Assembly: GCA_950097015.1 (NCBI GenBank) | Contig: CATNEN010000038.1 | Coordinates: 7,006,001 to 7,070,000, forward strand | Direction: 5' to 3' | DNA length: 64,000 nucleotides | DNA from: Macrostomum hystrix | Taxonomy: Eukaryota > Animalia > Platyhelminthes | In this document: positions 13,401-25,449 of the stretch, piece by piece | How positions within the stretch are numbered: the stretch's first letter is position 1 | Layout: every line of letters begins with the position of its first letter | Program-made: the position numbers and the translations under genes | Notes under the pieces: generated by a model | Databases searched by the model: none | The model's input: the letters and a program-made list of their open reading frames with translations, nothing else | Told to the model about the DNA's origin: nothing

Positions 13401-16400
13401 GAGGTGGGTGCAGTGGGGAGGTGGGTGCAGTGGGTTTGCACAATGCGCACGCGCATGCAACATGCAGCTAGCCGAACCTGTCGCTCGTGCTTCCGCCTGA
13501 TCAGCTGCACAATGAGGCCTGTCAGCAGGTCGGTGAAGCACTCCATGTCGTCAAGCAGCAGGGCGGACAGCAGCGAGCCGAACTGGCTGCGCTCATGATG
13601 CCGAAATATCTCCGAGTTCATCTCCAGCGTGTCGATCATGGTGAAAAGAAACAGCCGATTGTGCAAAAGTTGGTCCAGCTCTTCCAGACCCTGAGACTCG
13701 GTCGAGTCCTCCGCTGAATTGCGCGAAGGGACAACGTCGGCAAATATCTGATCGTTCTTCTCGAAGCTGAAGATAAGAAACAGATTCGGTTTCTGCGGAA
13801 CACTACTTGCAGTAGAGTATTAGTTTAGGATAGCCTCAAAGAACTGTTACAAAAATTGTTTTGCCTTCATGAGAACGTGAATGATTAGATCATATGATCT
13901 ATCAGAATAACAAATTTTGATTGATTGAAACTTAAACGGCAAAGATCAATTCAAGTGACTGTCAGTGACCGATCACAATGGTTATGAACAATCAGAATGA
14001 CAATGACCAATCAGAATGACAATGACCAATCGGAATGACAATGACCAATCAGAATGACAATGACCAATCGGAATGACAATGACCAATCAGAATGACAATG
14101 ACCAATCAGAATGACAATGACCAATCGGAATGACAATGACCAATCGGAATGACAATGACTAATCGGAAGGACAATGAAAAATCGGAATGACAATGAAAAA
14201 TCGGAAGGACAATGACCAATTACAATGCATGACAATGACCAATCGGAATGAAAACAATCGAATTAAAATCCCTGATTAGTCAAGATCAGTAATTTGCAAA
14301 GCGGACCCACCGTTTCTCGTATCGCTCTGGGAAGCAGGTGAAGCAGGCGAACTCCTCGAAGCTGCGGCAGGGCGCCGGCATGCCGATACCGTCGAATCCG
14401 GCTCCGTTGGAGTTGAGCTGCAGCTCGGCAAAGGCGTCTCTACAGGTCTGGGACATCTTGGCCTCCAGTAGGTTCATGCGGTGCTCCAGGTTCTTGCTCT
14501 TGTCCTGGTCCTTGGAGCGAACATAGCAGCGAACGCAGAAGACAATGCCAACAATGGCGCTCACGATAATGACCACGGCCACCGCGCCGAGGATGTACGC
14601 CAAGCTGCTGTCCGGCTGTCCGATGGTCACGCTGCCCAGGTGGTAGAGCCGGCGGCCAATCAGAACGCTGACTGGATGGGCCCGGTTGAAGAACGAAGGA
14701 TCATCAGGTAAGCGGCAGGTGATCACCTGGATTATATGAACATGATGGGCGGTCACAATCCAGCGTAACAATCGATGGTCACAGTGATGGTCACAAAAAC
14801 GGTTAGAGGGAACGGTCACAATGGAAAGTCACAATGGAGGGTGACAATGGATAGACACAACGGATAGTCACAATGGACGGTCACAATGGATAGTCACAAT
14901 GGACGGTCACAATGGACGGTCACAATGGATAGTCACAATGGATAGTCACAATGGACGCTCACAATGAACAGTCACAATGGACGGTCACCAACCTGCAGCT
15001 GGGTCTCCTGCAGCAGCGCCTGTGTGGGGCAGGGCCAGCTGCCGAGTCGCACCGTGACATCGCCAGGAAACAGAGTCGGTATGAGGTGGCGGCCTCTGAT
15101 TTTAAATTCGCGGAAGCCCAGCTGCTGCCGACTATCGGCATCTGCGGCTACGGTCACGTGCTGCGGCACTGGCAGCAGCTCAGGGTCCGGGGCCAGGCTG
15201 ACCGAGTTGGGATAATTAAACTCGTGCGAGTCAAGCCGGTAGACGATGCTGAAGTTGCTGCCATAACCCGCTGCCGATCTGGGAGTTGATAAGAATTAGG
15301 ATCTGATCTCTAATCCCTCCCTACTCAATCTCTAATTCGTCCCTACTTAATCTATAATCCGTCCCAACTCAATCTCTAACCCATTCCTACTCAATCTCTA
15401 ATCCGTACCTAACTCAATCTCTAATCCGTCCCTACTCAATCTCTAATCCGTCCCTACTCAATCTCTAATCCGTCCCAACTCAATCTCTAACCCGTCCCTA
15501 CTAAATCTCTAACCCATTCCTACTCAATCTCTAATCCGTACCTAACTCAATCTCTAATCCGTCCCTACTCAATCTCTAATCCGTCCCTACTCAATCTCTA
15601 ATCCGTCCCAACTCAATCTCTAACCCGTACCTACTCAATCTCTAACCCATTCCTACTCAATCTCTAACCCGTACCTACTCAATCTTTAACTCGTATCTTC
15701 TCAATTTCTAATCCGTCCCTACTCAATCTTGAATCCCTTCCTACTCTACCTCAAACGCATTCCTACTCAATCTTTAATCGGACACAGCCCAATAGCAAAT
15801 ATTTTCACTCACCGCCTCACGCGAGCCGAGTCTCGAGCCTCAGCTTCTTCAATCTCAGCCGGCGTCACTGCTCGAGACTCCATCGCTGGCGGCCGGTCCG
15901 TCAGCCAGCTCGCTGACGGCGGCGGTGTCAACGGCTCCGGCAGCGTCGGGCTCGGGCAGCTCCAGATGATGACACCGCTGATGTTTCGGCGATTGCAGTC
16001 GCTCAAATAGACGGCGTCTCCGGCCACGTCAGTGAAGCGCATCTGGGCGCTGACCACGGCCTCCAAGCCGTACCCGGCGTTGATGTCGAACGGAAGTCCG
16101 CCTGACGGGATGAGGCCGCGGCGGACGCTGATTTGCAAGATATCCGGCTTGGCATCTGGCAAGGCTTGCACCTGAGCAATGGTGACGCAAAAGTAGATTT
16201 CACAGCTTCATTCAACTCCTAAACTAAATCAAAGAGAAAATTTGACTTCGGCAAACCTGAATTCGTCGATAATCGCGGCGAGAGTCGCTGCAATTCTGCA
16301 CGGAGGTGCTGACAAAGTAGATCCCGGTGTTATAGAATACGCCCAGTCTCAGGGTGACATTTGAGGCAGAGCGGGACAGCAACTCGGCTGTGCTGTACAT

Positions 16401-19400
16401 AAACTGGTCGCTTTGCATTATAACCTGGCAGAAGTGGGAGAACAGGAAAATGAGTGACGGCTTCAAGTGACTGAGCATGGTCTATGGTTTGGAATGTAGT
16501 GGAGATCAAGACTTAGACCATGGGGATCAAGACTTATTAGACCATGGGGATCGACACTAAGATCATGGGGAACAATACCTAGATCACTGGGATCAAGGCT
16601 TAGATCGTGAGGATCAAGACTTAGACCATGGGGATCAAGACTTAGACCATGGGGATGGACACTAAGATCATGGCAAACAATACCTAGATCACTGGGATCA
16701 AGACTTACATCATGGGGATCAAGACTTGTGTAATGGGGATCAATGGTTTGATCGTCAGGATCGAGACTTACCTGCATTGAGAATCCGGCGTCCAGGTCGC
16801 TGCCGAACAGGTTCAGCACGGGCTGCCCTGTCTGCTGGACTCTTGTTGCCGAAACGCCGTCAACGCTGGGGCGCACAACCGGCAGCGGATTCGACAGGGC
16901 GACGTCGGCTCCGGCAGCAGCCTCGGGGCCAAGCACGGCCAGTTGCAGCCGCAGCCGGTAGGCCGAGCCGAGTCGCAGAACTCGGTTGGCCTCGGCCAGA
17001 TGGGCGGGCAATCGCAGGCTGCACCGGAGTGCCTTGCCAGGGCGGTAGCTGCCAGGCAGCAGCTCGCAGGGCAGCGCCAGATTCGCAGCATCGCCGCCGC
17101 CTCCGCCGTCATCGTCTGGCACCAGCTGAACAGCCACACCTGCGGCCGAGTTACCCAGATTGGCACCGGACACGGCCAGCTGAAGGCCTTCAACAAATTC
17201 CGTCAGTTTGGCGGGCTCCACCAGGTCGATACGAGGCGACGGACAGACGCCGTGGCGAGGCACAACAACTGTTGAGGCGGAAATTTCATTGGTCGATGTA
17301 CAGGTGTCCGAGCAGACGCCACCGCCGCCGCTGACGCACCAGAGGCAGTGGTAGAGCTCGTCAGTGTACAGGGTGCAGTCGTCGCATTGTGAGGCCATTC
17401 GGTGGCATTTGTACAGCTGCAAACTGCCTCCGCCATCAAGCGAGTCGAAGCTGCCGGCCTCAACATTGTTGTCGGAGCGCCAGAGAATTTTTAGTCGGCA
17501 GGTCCGGGCGGGCTCCAGCGTCAGGTAGGACAGCGGGTGCGATGTTAGCAGGCAGCGCAGCTGGGGCTGTTTGCCAGCTGAGGAGCCGGTGGAGTTGAGC
17601 AACATTCTGGCGTCCAGGACGCGAGATGAATGATCTCCAGAGCAGCTGAGCTCGCAGACAAACTGGTGCATGAACTCCTGGGGTGAGTGAGTGAGTGAGT
17701 GAGTGAGTGAGTGAGTGAGTGAGTGAGTGAGTGAGTGAGTGAGTGAGTGAGTGAGTGGGTGAGTGAGTGAGTGAGTGACTGAGTGAGTGGGTGAGTGAGT
17801 GAATGAGTGACTGGGTGAGTGGGTGAGTGACTGAGTGAGTGACTGAGTGGGTGACTGAGTGACTGAGAGACTGAGTGAGTGGGTGAGTGAGTGAGTGAGT
17901 GAGTAAGTGAGTGAATAGTGAATAGTGAATGCCTTATAATGTGCATAATCTGTCACTCACTCAAATGAATGGTCTAATAAAATCAAAAACCAGTGAGAGG
18001 CAGGGCTGTGGCTGGCCTAATTCAGTCGCTAAAACTAAAAAAGACAAAAAATGTTAATTAACGAGTCCTAAACAGAACATGATGAGGGAAAGACCCAATA
18101 TGAGATGAGTGGCGCTGAGCAGGCCGTGGCAAGTGCTAAGCAGTAAAAGGCGCATGAATGCACCCTGTGCAGAAAAAACATCAATTTTGTTTCCAAGCAG
18201 TGCAAGCAGGTGACAGCCCCTGTGAGCATACAGAAGCCTGAGCAGCACAATGAGATAAGAAAGGCTTCACATCTATCCAACTCAAAAGACCACCCGCTGT
18301 TAATCGCATTTACTCAGTCAGTCAGTCGGTCAACTGGGCACAATTTAAACTTAGGATCAAAATTGACATGACAGTTGCTTTGGAGAATGGGAAGCATAAA
18401 AACAAGAACAACAAGACAGAAAGAAATCAGTGAGAAAATGGGGAGAAATAACAGACATAATGGGAAAGACAAGCTGGACGGGTAGAGAAAGGAGAGACAC
18501 ATGGTCGAAAGGGCAGGTTGAGGGAGAAAGGACAGGTTGAGGGGAGAAAGGACAGGTTGAGGGGAGAAAGGACAGGTTGAGGGAAGAAAGGACAGGTTGA
18601 GGGGAGAAAGGACAGGTTGAGGGGAGAAAGGACACGTAGAGGGAGAAAGGACTGGTAGAAGGGAGAAAGGACAGTTGAGGGGAGAAAGGACATGGTGAGG
18701 GGAGAAAGGACATGGTGAGGGGAGAAAGGACATGGTGAGGGGAGAAAGGACAAGCAGAGGAAGGTGATGGGAGAAAAAGAGCCTAAAAGACAGGAGAAAA
18801 CTAGCAGTCGGTAATAACTGGTTGGAAATTGGAAATTGAGAAGGACTTACGGGGTAGAAGCCGGTGACAGAGAAGGTCAAATCATCCGAGAAGCCGGAGG
18901 GCAGCACCAGCCGACGCAGCGGCCGGACGGCCGGACAGGCGGACACGTCCGACACGTTGACGGAGTCTTTGGCCACGTCTGTGGCGGCGACGCAAGCGGA
19001 ATGTTTGGGCAGCCAACGGCAGGGCGTGGAGGAGCCCACACAGACGGTGCAGTTCAAGTACCGGCGGCAGTTGTAGGCCTGCACAATCACTGACGCCAGG
19101 TAGTGCTCTGCGTCTGTGGCTGCGGTGCTGAGGCGAACAGTCAGGTTGCGGCTCACTAGAGTCGGTGAAAGGGGGTCAAATAGCTGATTGGAAATTCCGG
19201 GATTAGGTACAGGTAAAGGAAGATTAGATCTAGAGATGAAATTGGGTAGATTAAAAATTGAAATAACTGAGAGTGAGGCGGGTGAGAGCTGTGGATAAGG
19301 TGATTAAGCAAACTTGAGTAGTTCAGCTCAGCAAGGAACTGACCATTGTCACCCAGGTAGCGCCTGAGTTCGGGCATGGAGACTCGGCAGCTGATGAAGA

Positions 19401-22400
19401 AGCCGCTGTGATAATGATTCAGTTCAGCTGGGCGAGTTTCGAACACTGCCCGATCATTTTCTGAGTTCATGTAGTAGCAGAAAATGCTCACATCCGGCGC
19501 CTTGGTTACCGAAAGGTTCACGGAAGAATCTGTGATGTTTTTGGCCACGTTAATGGTGCTGTTGCCTACCGATGTCACCTGTGAGACAGATAGATAATGG
19601 TAGAATATTCTCTACTTCTCTCATCCCCCCCGACTTCTCTATCATGTCTGTCTGCTTCTCTCCCATCTGTCTACCTTTCACCTATCTCTCCCTACTTTTC
19701 TCTTATCTGTCTACTTTTCTCTAATCTCTGTCGAATTCTCTACCTACTTCTTTCTTCTCTATAATTCTCTCCTATAAGCTTCGACCTCTAACACTCAAAT
19801 TATCCGCTCGCCATGATCCCACAATCATCTGTCTCCTGATCCCCAATAGGGAAACACACCTGCAGACACTCCGCAGCTGAGGTGATAAAATCTTTATCCG
19901 GCTGACTCTGCCCCAGCCAGGTGAGGCAGCCCATGGAGTCCCGGTTGGACCAGACGCAGTGCGGATCCTGGGATTCTAAACAGGCCTGACAGGTTTTGTA
20001 GCGACTCTCGCAGTCGGCGTAAGGATGGGAAGACACCTGGTCAGGTAGGGAGATGTGTAAAGGATTACTTTTACAGTACAGATAGATAAGACAAAAATGC
20101 TAGTCTAGTACACAAAAATTACGTTTCGTATTTAGCTTTATCCATTTAACTAAATGAGTTTTTATTAGTGAAAACTGGATAACCACTAAGACAAAGCTTT
20201 TTATTAGAACTAAAGTTTAGGAGGCTATACTCACACCGCTGCTCCAGGAGGGGGGGTAATATTTGCTAGTCTAATATACTAAAACTGGCTTGACAATCAC
20301 AGCAGACTTGAAAAGAGATCAGTTATCACTAACTAATCAGTAGGTGTTAGAAAAATGCTAAAACTCAAGAATAATATAACAATAAAGCGATTTGGCAATA
20401 TTTAAAAGTGCAAGACAAGAAATAGGGAGATAATGCAAGCTGACAAGCTCAGACAAGGCACAAACAATGTATCAAATATCCACTTGATTCCAACTGCTGC
20501 CTAGAACGAGCTAGTGAGAGAGAGAGGAGGCGCTGCAATGCCTAAGAGAGCAAATTGCAGATCGAGATTCGACCGAAATATAAATCCAAAAGACCCGGGC
20601 GCCAAGTACGCTCGTATCCAAGCTTAAAGAAGCCTGGAAACTGCATTGCTGGGAAAGTCAATATTCGCCTAGTTAGGTGTAGACTAACGCTAACAGTGCA
20701 TGTAGCAATCTGCTGATAGTAAATCAAACCAGCAGAAGCACTGCGAAGGTCCACAGTTTGTTAAGATCTGGTGCTTTCATGTGAATCCAATTAAATATCA
20801 GTTTATGAAACTCCGCATTCTACAGAGAGTTCTAGAACATATAATTATAATGGTTTTATTTATGGCGGCCAATTTGAAACATTGCTTAGAGCTTTATCAG
20901 CGAAGCAAGTTAAAACTTGTAATTTGTTTTAATGGCTACTTGTTTAGCCCAGCGAATTCGTGCGGCGACAGTGGATGCAGGAGCGAAAAAACACACAATC
21001 AACGGACTAAGCCACTTGATAACAAAGTGATTTGGTAGTCTATCTTGCTTAAACTTCAAGCATTTCCGTTTGAAAGTTCGAAAGCTTCTATGCAGTTAAC
21101 AATACTTAGTGAAGAGTTTACATTTCACTATTCATTATGATGAATCGCAGCCAGTATTTTTATACCTATTAAAAACTGATCACCATCAGCTAGATCCCCA
21201 TCAACCAGATCCCTATCAGTCCAGATTCCTGTCAACCAGATCCCGGTGGCAAAGCGATTAACATTTTTGCCTTTCGCACTAATGTCCCTGAGTTCGATTC
21301 CGCGGCGAGGCCACATTTATCTGGGGCGCAGCCGCCGAGAGAAGGCTTTGGGGGCTTGTCGTGCAATTTACGCCCTTGAGGGCCAACCTCCAAGGCACAG
21401 TGAAATGTACACTGCCTGACGATGAGAATGTCAGGGCAGATGCACACACCTGTGTGAGCGTGTGCCTCCGTACAGTATCCGTGTGTGTGTGTGCTCAAGA
21501 GTTAGCGAAATGGGCATAATTGCCTCCTCGCTGGCTGCGGGTCTAGTGTCACTAAATTATGTGCCATTGCCTGCAGCCCTCCTGCAATTATTATTATTAC
21601 TATATCAGCCTCATCCCTATCAACCAGATCCCATGCTAGTCATAGAGGTCCTGAGCAGCAGTGGTAGCCTGGCAACTGCTGCACAGTGAGTGCACTCACC
21701 TCGCTCGAAGTCAGGGCGAACAGTCTGTTGGCTCCAGTGCGTAGCGCCAGCACCTCCTGCTGCCTGCCGCCGGTGACGTCCGTCCTGTTGTACAGGGTGG
21801 ATTTGAAACCGGAGCCGACGCTGTAGCGCAGCAGACTGCCCCGACTGGTGCCCAGAAACAGAGCGGTGCGACCATTGTAGACCGGAGTGGCAGCCAAGGC
21901 GGTCAGGCGCTCGCGATCCGGATCTACCTCGGCAAGAAACACGCCGTGATAGGTGTGCCTGCTGCCCATGCGGTCCGCAGTGCCCGTCCATTCGGTCTGC
22001 AGGCCGGAGGCCACCGCGCAGTAGGGCGGCCCGCCGCTGGACGACGATTCGGCGCCAGAAGAAGACGACGACGACGAGGCTGAGGAGCCGCGGCCGCCTG
22101 ACGAGCAGGGGATTTGCTGCCGAATGTAGTTTGGCCCGTGATAGCCAAGGCCCCGGCCGCAGTCGGTGATGATGTCGTCTAGCCGCTTGTTGAGCTCCGA
22201 GATGGGGATGGCGCAAACGCCCTGTCGCATCCGCACCTCCTGGTCGAGCACGCGGGCGGTATAGAACAGAACCGGCTCATCCGGCATGGCGTTTAAGGAT
22301 TTGGCCAACTGAGAGCCTGCGACAATGGGTAGACATGAGAGGTAGTCAGATAGTGGTTTCGTAGAGCGGGAAGACATGAATCTGGAGTTGGTAGGGTGGG

Positions 22401-24312
22401 TAGACATGAGAGATAGTCGTATGGGGAGTAGGTTGAGCGGGTTGACATAAGTGGGACAATGGTGCAGCAGGTAGGGTGAGGGAGGCAGCAGGTCGGGTGA
22501 GGGAGGCAGCAGGTCGGGTGAGGGAGGCAGCAGGTCAGGTGAGGGAGGCAGCAGGTCAGGTGAGGGAGGCAGCAGGTCAGATGAGGGAGGCAGCAGGTCA
22601 GGTGAGGGAGGCAGCAGGTCAGATGAGGGAGGCAGCAGGTCAGGTGAGGGAGGCAGCAGGTCAGGTGAGGGAGGCAGCAGGTCAGGTGAGGGAGGCAGCA
22701 GGTCAGGTGAGGGAGGCAGCAGGTCAGGTGAGGGAGGCAGCAGGTCAGGTGAGGGAGGCAGCAGGTCAGGTGAGGGAGGCAGCAGGTCAGGTGAGGGAGG
22801 CAGCAGGTCAGATGAGGGAGGCAGCAGGTCAGGTGAGGGAGGCAGCAGGTCAGGTGAGGGAGGCAGCAGGTCAGATGAGGGAGGCAGCAGGTCAGGTGAG
22901 GGAGGCAGCAGGTCAGGTGAGGGAGGCAGCAGGTCAGGTGAGGGAGGCAGCAGGTCAGGTGAGGGAGGCAGCAGGTAGGGTGCTAACCAGGCTTCACGAA
23001 GGTGGCAGTCTCGCCGAAGAAGCCGCAGCGCACGGCGGGACTAGCATCGGGCACATTGCAGGTAATAAACATTTCCACATAGCCAGACAGAAATAAGTCC
23101 CTGGTGCAGAATCGGCCTATTCGCATCTCAGAGAAGTCGGACAAGAGCACATTCTTGGCTGTCAGTAAATAATAGACGTAAGAATAGTTGCCAGATGAGT
23201 AGGTGAATGAGTAGTGATAGGAGAGCACATCTGGTAAGCGCTTGTTGCTGGACGGTATAACCTCGGCCCAAAATGGCGAGAAGTCGCCAATTTTGAAGGG
23301 CTGCAGAGTAGTGAGGCTAACAACGGACATGATAGACTCAACAGAGCTCTCCAGGTTGAGATTCTTAGCTATGCAGAATGGCATCGCCAGGTAGAGCCCG
23401 TCTTCGGGCGGATTCTGTGAGTCAAGGTACTTTGGCGCCACAGTCAGTGTAGTTTTAGCGGACGAATCTCGGCAGACCACAGCTCTGATTGCCTGTCTGA
23501 GTTTCTTGTCGATCTGGTTGAAGTCGATCAGCAGCGGCTGGTCGGGCACCAGGGGGGTCCTATCGCAGGAGCCGCACAGGTAGGTCATGCAGAGGTACAG
23601 GTAGCCATTGCTCACGTACATGGCCTTCACGTGGTTAGGCATCGGGCGGATGTTGCATTTCGGTAAGCGCTGCAAGACCTGGCAACGGAGAGGGTTGGTC
23701 CGAGGATATGCCCCATCTGCTGGTCTCAACTTGCTGGAGAGTACCATCTGCTTTTCTGTCTTCTGCTCAGAATCCTTGAGAACACTGGCTTAAATCTATA
23801 GCTGTCTTCTGCTGTGAATCATTGAGAACACTGGCTAAAATCTATAGCTGTCTTCTGCTCAGAGTCCTTGAGAACACTGGCTTAAATCTATAGCTGTCTT
23901 CCGCTCAGAGTCCTTGAGAACACTGGTTTTAATCCAGAGTCCTTGAGAACAATGGGCTTAATCTATAAAACTAAAAAAAATGTCGTGCACAAGCGGACTA
24001 AAAGCACAAAGGAGAGATAAGAGCACACACCTGATGCGGCAGACAGTTGGTCGAGTCATTTTTCGGCCCAACGACGGTGACTTTAGCATTCGTGAAGTCG
24101 GCCCTCAAATGGATGAGCTGATCGGGCTGGGCTAACACAATGTACTCAGCCCCAGTGCTGCTAGTGTACAGCTCGATGTGACTGAAGCCGCTGCCCCTGA
24201 AGACTGTGACGTCACTGTTGGACTCAATCGATAGTGCCACGGAGGCACTGAACAAAAGCAGCAGCAGCAGCAGCAGAGGCGCCAGCCAACGCAGAAAATG
24301 TGACATTGTCAT
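7392..24312 (-). CDS. Plexin (semaphorin receptor), 19 coding exons: 24312-24031, 23678-22988, 22316-21700, 20036-19860, 19578-19344, 19155-18851, 17677-16772, 16424-16257, 16171-15813, 15278-14993, 14726-14311, 13766-13478, 13259-13020, 12118-11929, 11406-11212, 10215-9917, 9421-9191, 8821-8522, 7724-7392
   Basis: Signal peptide ([20 protein letters not shown]), Sema-like region ([15 protein letters not shown]), PSI repeats ([14 protein letters not shown]; [13 protein letters not shown]; [17 protein letters not shown]), IPT domains and a TM helix ([23 protein letters not shown]). Cytoplasmic hallmarks [79 protein letters not shown]. All junctions are GT-AG and phase-compatible. Subfamily not assigned. 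Confidence 0.95.
7731..8494. repeat. 14-15-bp minisatellite (GGTGTGAGATGGGT[T]) filling plexin intron 18
   Basis: Tandem array ending about 6 nt from the acceptor. Confidence 0.95.
8890..9100. repeat. 21-bp minisatellite (CCGGATTCTAAGTCCCGTTAT), plexin intron 17
   Basis: About 10 degenerate copies. Confidence 0.85.
9483..9899. repeat. 21-bp minisatellite (CCCCAGTCCTCATCTCCCCTT), plexin intron 16
   Basis: About 19 near-perfect copies, starting about 18 nt from the donor. Confidence 0.95.
10369..11168. repeat. Compound (GACA)n / GACACCCAG minisatellite, plexin intron 15
   Basis: Tandem units of variable length in 4-bp steps. Confidence 0.95.
11578..11909. repeat. 30-32-bp minisatellite (GAGAATCTCACCCCCAGACAGCCATCCCTAA), plexin intron 14
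   Basis: About 10 copies with a sequence gradient along the array. Confidence 0.9.
12252..12720. repeat. 30-bp minisatellite (AAAGTCTCACCCTGTTTGTCTATTGGACT[C/G]), plexin intron 13
   Basis: About 14 perfect copies; the G variant recurs every third unit. Confidence 0.95.
13340..13435. repeat. 17-bp G-rich minisatellite (CAGTGGGGAGGTGGGTG), plexin intron 12
   Basis: About 5.5 copies. Confidence 0.9.
13988..14252. repeat. 19-bp minisatellite (AATCRGAATGACAATGACC), plexin intron 11
   Basis: About 13 copies. Confidence 0.92.
14815..14990. repeat. 13-bp minisatellite (GTCACAATGGA[CG/TA]), plexin intron 10
   Basis: About 13 copies abutting the donor at 14992. Confidence 0.9.
15307..15775. repeat. 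22-bp minisatellite (CTACTCAATCTCTAATCCGTCC), plexin intron 9
   Basis: About 20 degenerate copies. Confidence 0.92.
16500..16771. repeat. 21-bp degenerate minisatellite ((G/C)TAAGTCTTGATCCCCATGRT on the - strand), plexin intron 7
   Basis: The first unit begins at the donor GTAAGT. Confidence 0.85.
17682..17925. repeat. (GAGT)n microsatellite adjoining the plexin intron 6 acceptor
   Basis: Reads (CACT)n...CTCACCCCAG| on the transcribed strand. Confidence 0.95.
18510..18752. repeat. 20-bp minisatellite (GACAGGTTGAGGGGAGAAAG), plexin intron 6
   Basis: About 12 copies. Confidence 0.9.
21244..21599 (+). mobile_element. tRNA-derived SINE, family B, copy 2 (plexin intron 3)
   Basis: Colinear with the reverse complement of 5804-6166; B box GTTCGATTCC; (ATT)n tail. 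Confidence 0.9.
22465..22982. repeat. 21-bp minisatellite (GTGAGGGAGGCAGCAGGTCAG), plexin intron 2
   Basis: About 24 copies, starting about 5 nt after the donor. Confidence 0.96.
23757..23965. repeat. 46-bp tandem repeat, plexin intron 1
   Basis: About 4 copies of CTGTCTTCTGCTCAGAGTCCTTGAGAACACTGGCTTAAATCTATAG. Confidence 0.85.
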
Positions 24313-25449
24313 AGAATTGCGTCAATCCAAGCATAGTATTCCCACCTTTATAGCGAACGTCCAGGTGGGGCAAGCCTAGAAGTGGCCTGGTATCCTGCCC
24401 TTCTTCGAGTGCTGAAAGTTGTTGGTTTAATAATTTTCTAATGGGACAAATTTGCTTGAAAATAAATCTATGTCACAGGTGAGTTGCTAGTATACAAGTT
24501 CAACAGAACTAAACTATAATAATCGGTGAGCAGTGTTTTTGTTGCTTTCCGATTTCAATTTTTCTTCTCGTTTTTTTTCAAGTTAAGCGAAGCGTCAAGT
24601 GCCAAGTAGAGATTTTCTTCTCTGCACGTCTGAATTTCGCGTCTTCAGTCCCGGGAGCGCTGACCAATGGAGACTAAAGAAGAGGACCACAGAGAGAGAG
24701 AGAGTGAGAGGGACTGGTCGGAGTGGCACAGACCTCGTGAGGGCATGTGGGCTGCGGGTAGATGCTGAGAATGCACACAATCGTACGCAGATGAGCGAAT
24801 TGCAAAGATAGAATAATTAAGAAAGACAATGCCTATATAGCTAACACTATATAGGCTTGGAGACTGGTCTGCTATATATCTTTAACAGGGTCGGAGGGTG
24901 GGCGTCTAACTGAAGCAGAAGGCATACGAGAATAAATTAAGGAAAAAGTGTAGAATTTGCGACCACAGAAAGCTGTGCTCATGACCAGAGACTCGGTTGA
25001 GGTGGTGCCCGGGGCAGTGAATAAAAATCTGAGCTCTTAACTAAGGCAGGCAGCCGATGCGCAATAGAAAACTGGCGAACTGAATAATCAACAGGCCGCG
25101 AGGAGGCGGGGTGGGTGCCGCACAGAAACTCTGCAGTAGGAGGCATTGTCCAATGCGCGGCGTACCCAGCTATGGCAGGAGATAAGGACTAGCTTCTCAT
25201 TTCCCTATCTGAGCTCAAATAAGGCTTAGTCTCTACCTGATTACTGGGATTTGCTGTACGCAGTAAAGCCAAGGGCCGATATTTTTACCTGCGAACATTT
25301 CGCAGGCGATTACAGTGACTGAGCGAATCATGAACCGTAAGCGACGTGATAAAAATAGGAATATTATAGGATAACAGGTGCATATGAAGGCTTCCGACAG
25401 TTCTATACGTAATGATTAGAAATAACAAAGAATACAACGTAATAACACA

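Noticed and set aside
21410-21530. Hammerhead ribozyme in SINE B (CTGACGA...GAAA)
   Set aside because: Stems II and III and the NUH cleavage triplet cannot be formed around the core; CTGACGA sits in a simple hairpin.
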